Shown: one piece after another, positions 1 through 9,858 of the stretch | Numbering within the stretch: position 1 is the first letter of the stretch | Layout: the number at the start of each line of letters is the position of its first letter | Source: Candidatus Hermodarchaeota archaeon | Lineage (GTDB): Archaea > Asgardarchaeota > Lokiarchaeia > Sigyniarchaeales > SOKP01 | Reading direction: 5' to 3' | NCBI GenBank assembly: GCA_048885525.1 | Contig: JBHLLP010000014.1 | Span: forward strand, 1 to 64,000 | Length of the DNA stretch: 64,000 nt | Translations under genes and position numbers: made by a program | Notes under the pieces: model-generated | Databases searched by the model: none | Seen by the model: the letters and a program-made list of their open reading frames with translations, nothing else | What the model was told of the DNA's origin: nothing

Positions 1-1133
1 ACTTTTTTTAGATCTAATTCAAATGCTTCTGGACATAAGTGAGTGCAATTACCGCAATTGAAACAACGGGATCGATCTATAGCAGAGATCATCCCATCCT
101 TTATAATAAACGCATTGGTAGGACATGTGTCAATTGCTTTACATCCTTCGCAATTTTTACACGCATTAGGATTAAACTTCATAACAAAATTATTCTCCCA
201 AACATCACCGTAAGTCATTTCTCCTACTTTTTCACGCCCTACAAGACTTAAAATCGTTAATTTAACTAATTTATCAGATTTGACGATATTTTTAAAAATC
301 TTTTCGTTCAATATAGGAATAGGAATGGCTATACTACAAATAGATTCTAAACCATAAGATGTTTTAAAGGCACCCATATATTCGGGTTTCATTCCTTCTA
401 ATGGAGCAATAGTCATCATATTAGGCTTTTCGATATAATTACGGGTTCCAGGTCCCATTAAATAGCCTATAGCTCCATTTACAAGAACAGGAGATCCAAC
501 TCCAAATGATTCGAAATCAGGATCATTTTGAAAAGGATTGAGTGCGCCACATCCCGAAAAAGTTATTTCTGTTTTATTTGGTGAAAAAGGTAGACAAGAG
601 AAAATAGTGTTAATTTGATGTGTTTCACAGTTAATCATTGCATTATAATTCTTAATTGCTTGTCTAGTCCCTACTAGTTTAGCAAATTGCATATCTTCAA
701 GTTTCATTTGCTTTTCAATAGATTCCCCTTCAGCACTTATAGCTACGATTGTAACTGATTTTCCCTCAACGATATCTCTGAAGAGAGAACCACCACAATA
801 ATTATCTATTGTTTTACTTTGAGTAGTGCCATATATAATCAGATCCACAATGCCTAAATATTCATTTGGACATGGTCCAGCAAAAGCTGGAATTCCGTTT
901 ATATCAACTTCAGTAAATTTTCTTAATGTTTTAGGTGGTGAAAGTCGAAAAGAGAAGATCCCCATAATTCCGCTCATAAGTCCTTTAGTAGCGGTTGTAA
1001 TAACATCAACATCTTCAAATTTAACTTTCTTGCCTTCACTAATCTGATCTAGCAATTGTTGAACTGTTAGTACAACTGCCGAACCATCTTCAATCTTCTT
1101 TCTGATTTCTGAAAGTTCTCTTTTTTTAACCAC
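1..1133 (-). CDS. DUF39 / methanogenesis marker 16-type metalloprotein (homocysteine-biosynthesis sulfur-incorporation family) with C-terminal 4Fe-4S ferredoxin domain; runs off the window edge
   Basis: Not in the ORF track. Segments translated by hand from GTG at 1133: MVKKRELSEIRKKIEDGSAVVLT...DVDVITTATKGLMSG...GPCPNEYLGIVDLIIYGT. The same frame gives CKNCEGC...CP and CFNCGNCTHLCP near the window start. Confidence 0.8.
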   Translation of the reverse strand, partial: MVKKRELSEIRKKIEDGSAVVLTVQQLLDQISEGKKVKFEDVDVITTATKGLMSGIMGIFSFRLSPPKTLRKFTEVDINGIPAFAGPCPNEYLGIVDLIIYGTTQSKTIDNYCGGSLFRDIVEGKSVTIVAISAEGESIEKQMKLEDMQFAKLVGTRQAIKNYNAMINCETHQINTIFSCLPFSPNKTEITFSGCGALNPFQNDPDFESFGVGSPVLVNGAIGYLMGPGTRNYIEKPNMMTIAPLEGMKPEYMGAFKTSYGLESICSIAIPIPILNEKIFKNIVKSDKLVKLTILSLVGREKVGEMTYGDVWENNFVMKFNPNACKNCEGCKAIDTCPTNAFIIKDGMISAIDRSRCFNCGNCTHLCPEAFELDLKK

Positions 1134-1259
1134 AAGAAATCATCATTTAATTTCAAAAACTAACATTTTAAATATTTATTTATAATAAAATTTTTTTATT
1201 TAAACTATTCTTAAAATAATTATAGAGAGTCAAGCAGTTCTTTTGAGGTTATAGTATTT

Positions 1260-1985
1260 TTGTCATATTTTGAATCAAGATTACGTGTAGATTTCAATGA
1301 TTTTAATGATATTATAAACAAATTACAATTATGTGAAGATTTAGGAATAAAAAATTTAATAATTGAACCTGAAAATAAAATAAGCATAATACCATTAGAT
1401 ATTAAAGAAAATATAAAAAGAGAGACAAATTTAAAGATTTTTTATCGAATTAATTTAAGATTAGATGATCTCGACGATTTTAAAAGAAGAATTAAAGTTT
1501 TTAATAATTTTTCTGATATTCTTTCAATTGAATCTTTAAACAAGGATGTTCAGTTACATGCTGCGAGAGATTCGAGAGTTGATATTGTTTCTTATTCAAA
1601 CCCGGAGATTATAAAGACTCTTAATCCAGGAGTTATTTCACTCACTAAACAAAATAATTCATTTTTAGAATTTTCATTAGCTCCAATTATGGTAAATAAT
1701 AAAATTGATCAATCGAAAAATTTTAGAAATTTGTATAAAACCATCCAATTAGCAATAAAATTAAAAGGAAATATAATTATAAGTGGAAATTTTGATGATA
1801 TGTATGATTTTAGACATCCAAGAGCTTTAATAAGTATTTGTCATTCTCTTTTAGGAATTCCTTTAGAAAAAGCTAAGAAAATTTTTAAGAATAATCCAAT
1901 ATTATTATTAGAGAGACCAAAAAAGCGGGCAGATAATAATGTTGAACTAGAATTTAGGATAATAAAAGGTGGGGATTATCAATAG
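1260..1985 (+). CDS. rnp3: RNase P protein subunit Rpp30
   Basis: AARDSRVDIV, LEFSLAP and IISG...DFRHPR motifs; adjacent to Pop5. Confidence 0.85.
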   Translation: MSYFESRLRVDFNDFNDIINKLQLCEDLGIKNLIIEPENKISIIPLDIKENIKRETNLKIFYRINLRLDDLDDFKRRIKVFNNFSDILSIESLNKDVQLHAARDSRVDIVSYSNPEIIKTLNPGVISLTKQNNSFLEFSLAPIMVNNKIDQSKNFRNLYKTIQLAIKLKGNIIISGNFDDMYDFRHPRALISICHSLLGIPLEKAKKIFKNNPILLLERPKKRADNNVELEFRIIKGGDYQ

Positions 1986-2314
1986 TTAAAAAAGAAAGGC
2001 AAAGATATATTTTATTTAAAATAATTAAAGAAACTAAAACAAATTTTACTCAAAATTCTATTGTAAAATCAATTTGGCAATCAATTTGGCGATACTTTGG
2101 ATTGAAAGGAGCGAATAAAATTGGATTATGGTTAATGGAATTTAATCTAGATAATGATTATGGAATTATAAGATGCTCTCACCAAACAAAGGAAACATTA
2201 ATTTCATCTTTAAGCCTTGTGAAAGAAATCAATGGAACTAAAGTAATATTAACCCCTACGAAAACGTCGGGGACAATACGATCACTAAAAAAGCAAATAA
2301 ATATGGTAAAATAG
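1982..2314 (+). CDS. rnp2: RNase P protein subunit Pop5/Rpp14; non-canonical start (ATA at 1982 or TTA at 1976)
   Basis: The frame of the 2102..2314 ORF extends upstream to IVKKERQRYILFKII (Pop5 R-x-R-Y-I-x-F motif) and contains GIIRC and TSGTIRSL. There is an in-frame TAG at 1955-1957. Confidence 0.8.
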   Translation: MVKKERQRYILFKIIKETKTNFTQNSIVKSIWQSIWRYFGLKGANKIGLWLMEFNLDNDYGIIRCSHQTKETLISSLSLVKEINGTKVILTPTKTSGTIRSLKKQINMVK

Positions 2315-2346
2315 ATTTAGATGATAATAGTTCCTTATAACAAAAA

Positions 2347-2787
2347 ATGAAGGTATATAATTTAACAAAAGCACATATTCAGCATATAAATAGCATAACT
2401 GAAGCTATATTGAAAATTTCACTATCAAACATCAAAGATATAGAGAAAAATCCATTCCTTCTAATAGTTGAATCAACTATAGAGAATTCTATTAAAGTAT
2501 CTATTTATCCACTAAAAAAGGAAAAAATAATTAAGATAACTTTTTCAGGATTTAATTTTTCCAAAGATCTTATTGACGAGATTTCTAGAATTCTCCAAGA
2601 TTTTCAAGTTATCCATACTTCAGGAGTCCTCCTAATAAAGGACCAATTGTTTTATGAGTGTTATTTAAACCTAAGTTTAATTGAACCAAAAATTATTGAT
2701 TTAAAAGCTTCTCTGGATAAGATTAAAAACATATTTAAAGAAATAAAAATAGAAGAAATTGGACTTAAAAAAACCAAAGAAAATTAA
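2347..2787 (+). CDS. hypothetical protein
   Basis: 146-aa ORF, co-oriented and closely spaced with neighbours. Confidence 0.6.
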   Translation: MKVYNLTKAHIQHINSITEAILKISLSNIKDIEKNPFLLIVESTIENSIKVSIYPLKKEKIIKITFSGFNFSKDLIDEISRILQDFQVIHTSGVLLIKDQLFYECYLNLSLIEPKIIDLKASLDKIKNIFKEIKIEEIGLKKTKEN

Positions 2788-2789
2788 TC

Positions 2790-3239
2790 ATGGATACATG
2801 GAAAGTTTTTTTAAAATTTTCAGATGGGCTAGATAAAGAACTCGAATTATTTGATGCTAAAGCATATTTTGGAGGATATTTAAAGATAAAAAGAAGTTAC
2901 TTTAATGCTCTTTTTAAATCAATTAAAATGACAAAAAAGTATTTTACACAAAAAGCAATAGAAAAAGTAATAGGACCTAATAATGATAATTGGACTCTTA
3001 ATCCTTGGTTACTCATAATTGTTAAAGATAATGAAAAAAAAAAGCCATTCTGGTTTTTTATAAAAAGAGAGAAAGATCTATCAGGTATACTTGTTGCTAT
3101 AGGCCCTAAGCCATTTGCCGAATATAATAATAAGAATGCACAAGAAGCAAAAAGAGAAATTAAGAGCCTGATAAATTACGTTATAGCGTATTTGAACAAA
3201 TTTAATTGTATTATAATGCTACCAAATTATCTTCAGTAA
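2790..3239 (+). CDS. hypothetical protein
   Basis: 149-aa ORF starting just after the previous stop. Confidence 0.6.
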   Translation: MDTWKVFLKFSDGLDKELELFDAKAYFGGYLKIKRSYFNALFKSIKMTKKYFTQKAIEKVIGPNNDNWTLNPWLLIIVKDNEKKKPFWFFIKREKDLSGILVAIGPKPFAEYNNKNAQEAKREIKSLINYVIAYLNKFNCIIMLPNYLQ

Positions 3240-3414
3240 ATTAACAGTACTTAATTGAGATTAGTTTTATAACTGTCTTTTTATTAATATCTTTTGTTAA
3301 CTTTAGAAAAATACAAAGAATATACGAAAAATATTAAATTAAATTTTAATTATCAATTTTAATATTAGGTTATACAGAAAATAGTACAAATAAAAATTAA
3401 ATGGCTAACTAAGC

Positions 3415-4209
3415 TTGAAAAAAAATAACTTCATAGTCCTAATCTGTGTTTTAATAACAAATTTAACTATTTTTCCTTTATTCTATGTAGTAAATAGTTA
3501 TGGTGCAACTGAAGAAATCGATTCAGAATTTGGAGAATCCCCTTTAATAGACGGATACATTGATCTTCTTTCAGGAGAATGGAATAAAGCAACAAAAGAG
3601 GAATTTTTATTAAAAGATTTACCTATTAAATGTTGGGTAATGCAAAATGATAATAATCTTTATATATCTATCCAATTAGAATTAGAACCAGGAGAACATG
3701 AACTCACTGAATTTATAGGACTTGTAATTTCAAATAGTTCTTCTGAGAATAAAGAAGATTTTATCGATGCCAAAATTGTCCAATTTTCTAATATTTCAGA
3801 AAATGAATTTGATTACTTTGATTATTACATAAACAATAGTATCTTTTCAATCGATACAGAAAATAATGGCGATGGAGCAGCAAATTTAAACGGACTTACT
3901 TCCACTTATGAGTTTTCTATTCCTATTAATAATATTATTGAAAACAATGAGGATGTAGTACTAGATTATGGTAATACTTATGCTTTTAACATTACTTATG
4001 GAGATACTCCAATTTATCCAAATGGAGTTAAAAAAAGTGCTATAGTCCTTATTAATCTGAAATCAATCCCATCTTCATCTTCACCACTTACTAATATAAT
4101 CCTGTATGCCTTATGTATATTAGTTTTTAGTGTCGTAGGAATTATTTATGGATTTTACATTTATAAAATTTTTAGATTGAAAGAAAAAATTGAAAGAATA
4201 AAACGATAA
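3415..4209 (+). CDS. membrane-anchored surface protein, DOMON/CBM9-like beta-sandwich
   Basis: N-terminal signal-like segment, PLIDG...EW, NDNNLYISI and YEFSIP motifs, C-terminal TM helix with basic tail. Confidence 0.55.
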   Translation: MKKNNFIVLICVLITNLTIFPLFYVVNSYGATEEIDSEFGESPLIDGYIDLLSGEWNKATKEEFLLKDLPIKCWVMQNDNNLYISIQLELEPGEHELTEFIGLVISNSSSENKEDFIDAKIVQFSNISENEFDYFDYYINNSIFSIDTENNGDGAANLNGLTSTYEFSIPINNIIENNEDVVLDYGNTYAFNITYGDTPIYPNGVKKSAIVLINLKSIPSSSSPLTNIILYALCILVFSVVGIIYGFYIYKIFRLKEKIERIKR

Positions 4210-4210
4210 A

Positions 4211-4627
4211 ATGTCTAAAATACCTAAAAAAAGAGAAAGAGAGCAAAATTTAAAAGAAAAATATCGATATGATGAAAAATTTGCATATAGATCCGTAATA
4301 GTTTCAGCTGTTTTAGGAGGTATTTTTTTTATCATTTCTCTTTTCTTTAATACTGGCATAATAACTTTTTTTATGAATAGAGACATATTTTGGACCATTA
4401 TAGATATAACAATTAAAGTTATAGTTATTCTATTGTTTTTTTTGTTTATGATAACGAGTATTGGTAATTATAAAGAATTAGTTGGTAAACCGTTAAATTG
4501 GAGGGAATTACTATTACTTGTTTTATTTTCCATTGGACAAACAATTTTAAACTTTTGGGTCTTTATATTTAGTTTTTTTGGAATTACTGTAATATTAATC
4601 TATTTTTATATGGTTCAAGAGTTATAA
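4211..4627 (+). CDS. small integral membrane protein
   Basis: Several hydrophobic segments. Confidence 0.6.
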   Translation: MSKIPKKREREQNLKEKYRYDEKFAYRSVIVSAVLGGIFFIISLFFNTGIITFFMNRDIFWTIIDITIKVIVILLFFLFMITSIGNYKELVGKPLNWRELLLLVLFSIGQTILNFWVFIFSFFGITVILIYFYMVQEL

Positions 4628-4650
4628 TCAGAATTTTTATAAATTAGAAA

Positions 4651-5394
4651 ATGAGCTCAGAATTTTTATATATTGGGCATAGAGGAACAAGAACTAATTT
4701 TGATGAAAATACAATAGAGGCTTTTAAAAAAGCTTCAGAATTTGGAGCAACTTATATTGAATTTGATGTTCGAAAAACAAAAGACGAAAAATTCATAATT
4801 ATGCATGATGCAACTTTAGATAGAACAACAAATGGTTCAGGATTACTAAACAATTTAAAATATAACGAAATCGATAAGATCAAAACTAAAATTCATAATT
4901 GTCCTATTCCCCTCTTATCAGATGTTTTGAAGGAATTAAAAGGATCAGTAAAGTATATGATCGAGTTAAAGGATGATGATTTAAAAGACAAAATTCCGAA
5001 AATAGTTAAAAAATATAACTTATTAGAAGAAAGCATTTTTAGTGGACGGAATTTAAAGGATTTACAATACATAAAACAAGCGTATCCTAAAAATCAAATA
5101 TGTTATAATATCACTAAAGGGTTAGGATTTAAAATCAATGAATTCTTGAAAATTGGGAGGTTAAAACAATTAGAATTTAAACCAGATTTAATAAGTTTAA
5201 GATCGAATCTAATATCAAAAGAATTTGTTGAAATTTGTCATGATAATGAAATTAAATCTTTAGCATGGGATTTTATCTCTTATGAAGATCCAATAGTATA
5301 TATTAAATCTTTAATTAAATTAGGAATTGATGGAATTTTATTTGATGATTATAGAAATATCCCAAAAATTAAGGATTGGGTTAATACAAATTAA
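4651..5394 (+). CDS. glycerophosphodiester phosphodiesterase
   Basis: IGHRG, ENTIEAF, IEFDV...TKD and HDATLDRTT motifs. Confidence 0.9.
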   Translation: MSSEFLYIGHRGTRTNFDENTIEAFKKASEFGATYIEFDVRKTKDEKFIIMHDATLDRTTNGSGLLNNLKYNEIDKIKTKIHNCPIPLLSDVLKELKGSVKYMIELKDDDLKDKIPKIVKKYNLLEESIFSGRNLKDLQYIKQAYPKNQICYNITKGLGFKINEFLKIGRLKQLEFKPDLISLRSNLISKEFVEICHDNEIKSLAWDFISYEDPIVYIKSLIKLGIDGILFDDYRNIPKIKDWVNTN

Positions 5395-7451
5395 TTATTT
5401 TCCTTAATCCTTGAAAATCCGCTAGGTATATGAAGAATAATCTCATCTAGAGATAATAATTTTACCCATTTCTTTGATTCTTTATCAATTTTTTTAATGA
5501 AATAAGATTTAATATCTTTAGCTAATTTTCCTTTAGTAAGACCACTTGTTTTTGAGGGGATAATATTTATAATATTTTTTGTTTGTTTTTTTATTGCTAA
5601 CTCTGGACCCGAAATGATCTTAGGGAAAAAAATTTTACGATTATCCTGAAATTCTGCTTTCAATTCAATAATTTTTAATCCTATAGTTAACTCTGTTTTA
5701 GCATTTTTTACAAAATTTTTTTTACCAGTGATTATAAAAGAACCTTTAGATAAAAATTCGCCTGATGGGGGGCTTTTTGAAATCTGATTTGGGAATACAT
5801 AAAATACATCAACAACACCCCAATTTTCTTTCCATGCCCTTGAATAACTAGCAACAAAATCAGCAGTTTCGTGAATAGTATTTAAGGGAATATTTTTTTC
5901 TTCTGAATTTTTTAGTACTGCTAACGGAGAACCAGGGAAGTTCGTATGAAAGACTAAATCTTTTGCATCTATATAATTTTTAAAAATAATTTCATTAGAT
6001 GTGGCATCTCTACCTCCTATAATTAGAAACCCATCAGAAGATATGAACCATCTGAACTTTTCGTACCATTTTTTCTTTGGTTTTTTTATTAGGAAATCAA
6101 CACCAATTTCTATTGATTCTTTTTCAATTTTTAATTTATCGATTTTATCTTTAGTTTTTTCTATAGCTGTTATAGTTCCTTTAATTTTTTTTTCTGCTTT
6201 TTTCCCTTTGGAATAAATATCATTAGCATTTTGCCCAATGCTCTTTTTTAAATTAATGTAAACAGGATCATTGTTAAATTTTATTAATATCTGATTATTA
6301 GAAGGAATCAAATTTTCATAGAATTCAGTTCCATTTAAATTCTGTAATTTAGCTACTTGTAGTCTTTTACTAATTTCTTCCCATTGATACCCCTTCTTCT
6401 TAGCTTCCAATATTACTGAATATAATTTTTCTAAGGAATTTAAGTTAGCATATATTAAGTCTCCGATATTGTAATACTTTTCCTTCTTGTTCTTAAGCTC
6501 TTCAAGATATTCTTGTTGATTTTTTAATATTTTTTTTTGAGTTTTAATTTGATTATCAATTTCTTGATCTTTTGGTTTCTTTAAAGCTTCAGAATCAATT
6601 TTTGAAAAATATTCATCAACAGCTTCATTGAATGTTGCAAAATCCTTTTTTTCAAATTCTTTAAGAATTTCAATTTCAAATGGAATTACCGATATTTGAT
6701 TTCCTTGCTGATCAAAAACAATTTGTGCATTGTTTTTACCAAATAATAATTGATTTCTTAAATTTTTGAAAGAATCATATAAATTCTGATATTCTATGTC
6801 AGAGAGATCTCGTCCGAGACGTTGTTTATTAATCTTAGCCCTATGGCATATTTCCTCACTATATAGTCCTGAAATGTGAACATTCCTGGATAGATCCCTT
6901 ACAATCTCAACTTCAGAATTTTTAAATAAAGCTTTAAATTCATCTTTATTTAAAGTTAGAAAATTCTTGCCTGGAGATTTAGGAAAGAAATACTCTTTTT
7001 GAGGAAGTACTACCCTATCTCTAAATTTTCTATATTTCTTAGCAATTCTAAGGACATTTTTTTCATCCAATAATAGAAAATTTCCCTTATTAAATAATTC
7101 TACAACAAACCTCCAAGGAAGATGTTCTTTATTACTTAGCTCAAATATGATAATTCTATCAAATTGGTGTTGTGAAATTTTTAAAATTCTTCTATTTTTT
7201 AAAAATTTCCTTAGAGAACGTATATATTGACTAGGATAATTTGGTATTGGATAATCATAATCCGTTAAATTAATTCGAGAGTCTTTTTTAATGATTAAAT
7301 TTTTCTTTCCAAAATTAGTATTGATTTTTAGTATCAATAAATCTTCTATTTCGTATACATTTTGAATTGTACCATTAATCAATATGGAGGCTAATTCTTT
7401 AACAATCGCGTATACGTCAAAGTTAGAAAATTCTTTTGCTGGTTTAATCAT
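5391..7451 (-). CDS. rqcH: ribosome quality control protein RqcH (NEMF/NFACT family)
   Basis: LRKFL...FDRII, VELF.KGN, WYEKFRWF.SSDG, GGRDATSNE and PPSGEFL.KGSF motifs. Confidence 0.9.
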   Translation of the reverse strand: MIKPAKEFSNFDVYAIVKELASILINGTIQNVYEIEDLLILKINTNFGKKNLIIKKDSRINLTDYDYPIPNYPSQYIRSLRKFLKNRRILKISQHQFDRIIIFELSNKEHLPWRFVVELFNKGNFLLLDEKNVLRIAKKYRKFRDRVVLPQKEYFFPKSPGKNFLTLNKDEFKALFKNSEVEIVRDLSRNVHISGLYSEEICHRAKINKQRLGRDLSDIEYQNLYDSFKNLRNQLLFGKNNAQIVFDQQGNQISVIPFEIEILKEFEKKDFATFNEAVDEYFSKIDSEALKKPKDQEIDNQIKTQKKILKNQQEYLEELKNKKEKYYNIGDLIYANLNSLEKLYSVILEAKKKGYQWEEISKRLQVAKLQNLNGTEFYENLIPSNNQILIKFNNDPVYINLKKSIGQNANDIYSKGKKAEKKIKGTITAIEKTKDKIDKLKIEKESIEIGVDFLIKKPKKKWYEKFRWFISSDGFLIIGGRDATSNEIIFKNYIDAKDLVFHTNFPGSPLAVLKNSEEKNIPLNTIHETADFVASYSRAWKENWGVVDVFYVFPNQISKSPPSGEFLSKGSFIITGKKNFVKNAKTELTIGLKIIELKAEFQDNRKIFFPKIISGPELAIKKQTKNIINIIPSKTSGLTKGKLAKDIKSYFIKKIDKESKKWVKLLSLDEIILHIPSGFSRIKENN

Positions 7452-7523
7452 TTTATGTTTAATTCTTAGTATGTTAATAATATATAATGATTTTTATAAT
7501 AAATAATATTTATAATAATAATT

Positions 7524-7964
7524 ATGGGGAAGCGCAAGAAGGTAGATATTAGAAAAAGAAGACAAAGATTAATAAAAGAGAAGAAGAAAGAACTACAGAA
7601 AAAGTCAATTCAAACAGAGAAAAAACCATTAAAAACTTTAGATTTACGTTTAGAAAAGGAAACAAAGTTATATTGGATTCGAGCATTTACCGGCGCTTTA
7701 AGTGTCATCGTAGGAAGACTTTTATTTGGATTAATAGGGTGGTTCTTATTTATATGGATGTTAATTTGGTGGTTTTTATTTCCATTTGTAGTAAGTTTTT
7801 TTATATATAAATTTGAATATGATAAAGAAGAGTGGAATTGGAAAAATATTATATTACCTGGTATAGGTATTTTTTTCTTCTTGTTTATGATTTTCGGTGT
7901 TTTAATTCATACATTACTTAATTTTATCCCAACATTTTCGTCGGTTCTTGAATTATTTATATAA
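7524..7964 (+). CDS. EMC6/Rab5ip-like three-TM membrane protein
   Basis: YWIRAFTGALSVIVGRLLFGLIGW resembles EMC6 TM1-2 as recalled; three TM segments and a basic N-terminus. Confidence 0.5.
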   Translation: MGKRKKVDIRKRRQRLIKEKKKELQKKSIQTEKKPLKTLDLRLEKETKLYWIRAFTGALSVIVGRLLFGLIGWFLFIWMLIWWFLFPFVVSFFIYKFEYDKEEWNWKNIILPGIGIFFFLFMIFGVLIHTLLNFIPTFSSVLELFI

Positions 7965-7980
7965 GAATAATCCATTTGTT

Positions 7981-8487
7981 TCATAATTGTATTCTTTGTA
8001 TTATTCTTTTTCCTTTCTTTTCTTTTGAGGTGAATACAATTGCTTCTAATGTATAAATACGCTCACAATATACACATTGTATTTTCAGAGGTTTTTCTTC
8101 TAATACTAAAAATTCGGTGTCGATAGGCTCTTTCTGGGAATTTGAAATACATGTCTGGTTAACACATAAAATTAATTTTTTTATTGTTTTGGGAAGTTTT
8201 ACCCTTTTTTTTTCTATTACTTTATAATTTTCAATTAGAGAAATTGTAGCATTAGGAGAAAGTATGGATATCTGTTGCATTTGAGTTTCATTTAAAAATA
8301 CATTCTCAATTTTAATTATATCTTTTGTTTGATATTTCTTTGATGAAACATTAACTCCAATAGTCATTAAATTTTTAGATTCATCAATACCAGTAAGGCT
8401 GAGAATTGTTAATGCATATCCCGCATCTATATGATCAATAACAGTACCTTTTGATATTTTATCAATTTTTAATTTTTCTTCTAACAT
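7981..8487 (-). CDS. pyrI: aspartate carbamoyltransferase regulatory subunit
   Basis: GTVIDHI and KDIIKIE motifs; zinc ligands CVNQTCISN and CVYCE. Confidence 0.95.
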   Translation of the reverse strand: MLEEKLKIDKISKGTVIDHIDAGYALTILSLTGIDESKNLMTIGVNVSSKKYQTKDIIKIENVFLNETQMQQISILSPNATISLIENYKVIEKKRVKLPKTIKKLILCVNQTCISNSQKEPIDTEFLVLEEKPLKIQCVYCERIYTLEAIVFTSKEKKGKRIIQRIQL

Positions 8488-8682
8488 TTTCTCATTATAT
8501 TGGCTTTTCTACCATTTAAAGTTTTAGAATTCCTTCCTTTGCATAATGCTGTAGAACTAGCTTTTCTTTTAAAAAAGAATTGAGAAAAAAGGCAGAAAAT
8601 TAGGTTGAATAGTTTGCTAGCCCTTAATTAAACATATTAACTGAAAAAACCTTTAGATATTATTATAATAATACAACTAAGT

Positions 8683-9759
8683 TTATAATATTGAGAAAGA
8701 AATAAAAAATAAAATAGTTGATAAACAAAAAGTAAAAGATAGATTATCATCAATCTCTAAATCTAAATAATCCAATAATCCAATTATCATCATACCCACA
8801 ATAGGAATTAAAAATAATCCTAATAGGCTGGACCTATAAAAATTTCTTAGTAAATATAATAATATTATTCCAGAGAAGAAAGCAGCTATCATACCCGCAA
8901 TTAACCCCTCATAAGTTTTGTTTGTTTTTCTTATTCTTCTACGACCTATAGTCCTACCAAATAAATTGGATGTTATATCTCCAAAAATTGACATTATCAT
9001 TGAAGTACAAATGATTACTGGACCAATTGGTTGAATAGGACCATATATGATTATTATCGAAAAACATCCAATACTCATTGAAATGTGAGGTCCTAACCTC
9101 AAATGTAATTCCTTTTCTCGCAATAATTGATTAACCGGTTTTAACGGATATATATTAGGTTTTAATATTCTAACAATATCAGCAGTTAATAGACCTAATA
9201 AAGATATCCCAACTAAAAAAACTACTAAATTTTGAGTAAAAATCATGATATCTCCCCCAATGTGAAATAGCTCTGAAATGAACTCTGGTATATATTCTAA
9301 GATATATATGAAGAAATTTTGAATTAAAAATCCAAGAGTAAAATAAAAGAATATAATTCCTAAGACCACTAAATGGGTTAATTTCCTATATATATCATAC
9401 TTAAGTGGGAGTTCTGTGAATGGTTGAGATTTAGTTGTTTTAACACTATTCTTGATTTTTTTAAATCTATGCTTCTCTCTTGAAATGAAAAGATAAAATA
9501 ATGGAAGATATATTCCAACAAAACCTATTATAAAAAAATTAAATGGAAACACCAAAAATTCTTTATCGGAGAGATTTAAGAATTTTTTTAAAAATAGGTT
9601 TACAGATATAGCTATTATTAGAACTAGAGCATTTGTTAAATTATTAATAAATGCACCCTTTTCTCTTTCTCTTCTTGCTAAATATGTAATGTACAAAAGA
9701 ATAAATCCATAAGTATATAGAATGCAAATAATTATTATCGAAAAAATATTCAATAACAA
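8683..9759 (-). CDS. dolichol/phytol kinase-like CTP-dependent membrane kinase (SEC59/DGK1/VTE5 family)
   Basis: RKLTH, GD...NLFGR..G, KTYEG and IDDNL motifs; multi-pass membrane protein. Confidence 0.8.
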   Translation of the reverse strand: MLLNIFSIIIICILYTYGFILLYITYLARREREKGAFINNLTNALVLIIAISVNLFLKKFLNLSDKEFLVFPFNFFIIGFVGIYLPLFYLFISREKHRFKKIKNSVKTTKSQPFTELPLKYDIYRKLTHLVVLGIIFFYFTLGFLIQNFFIYILEYIPEFISELFHIGGDIMIFTQNLVVFLVGISLLGLLTADIVRILKPNIYPLKPVNQLLREKELHLRLGPHISMSIGCFSIIIIYGPIQPIGPVIICTSMIMSIFGDITSNLFGRTIGRRRIRKTNKTYEGLIAGMIAAFFSGIILLYLLRNFYRSSLLGLFLIPIVGMMIIGLLDYLDLEIDDNLSFTFCLSTILFFISFSIL

Positions 9760-9858
9760 CCAAACTCACGAAATTTTAATACTTAAAGGTTTTATTTTTT
9801 TTAATGTTTTCTTGATAACAAAGCTATTAGAAAATAAGAAAGTAAATTTAAATGAAGC

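Noticed and set aside
39-1047. Plus-strand ORFs 39..251 and 826..1047
   Set aside because: Antisense shadows of the DUF39 gene
1134-1170. In-frame ATG...TGA TGA upstream of the DUF39 GTG, suggesting selenocysteine read-through
   Set aside because: Lies before the conserved N-terminus, has no Cys-equivalent context, and no SECIS is visible
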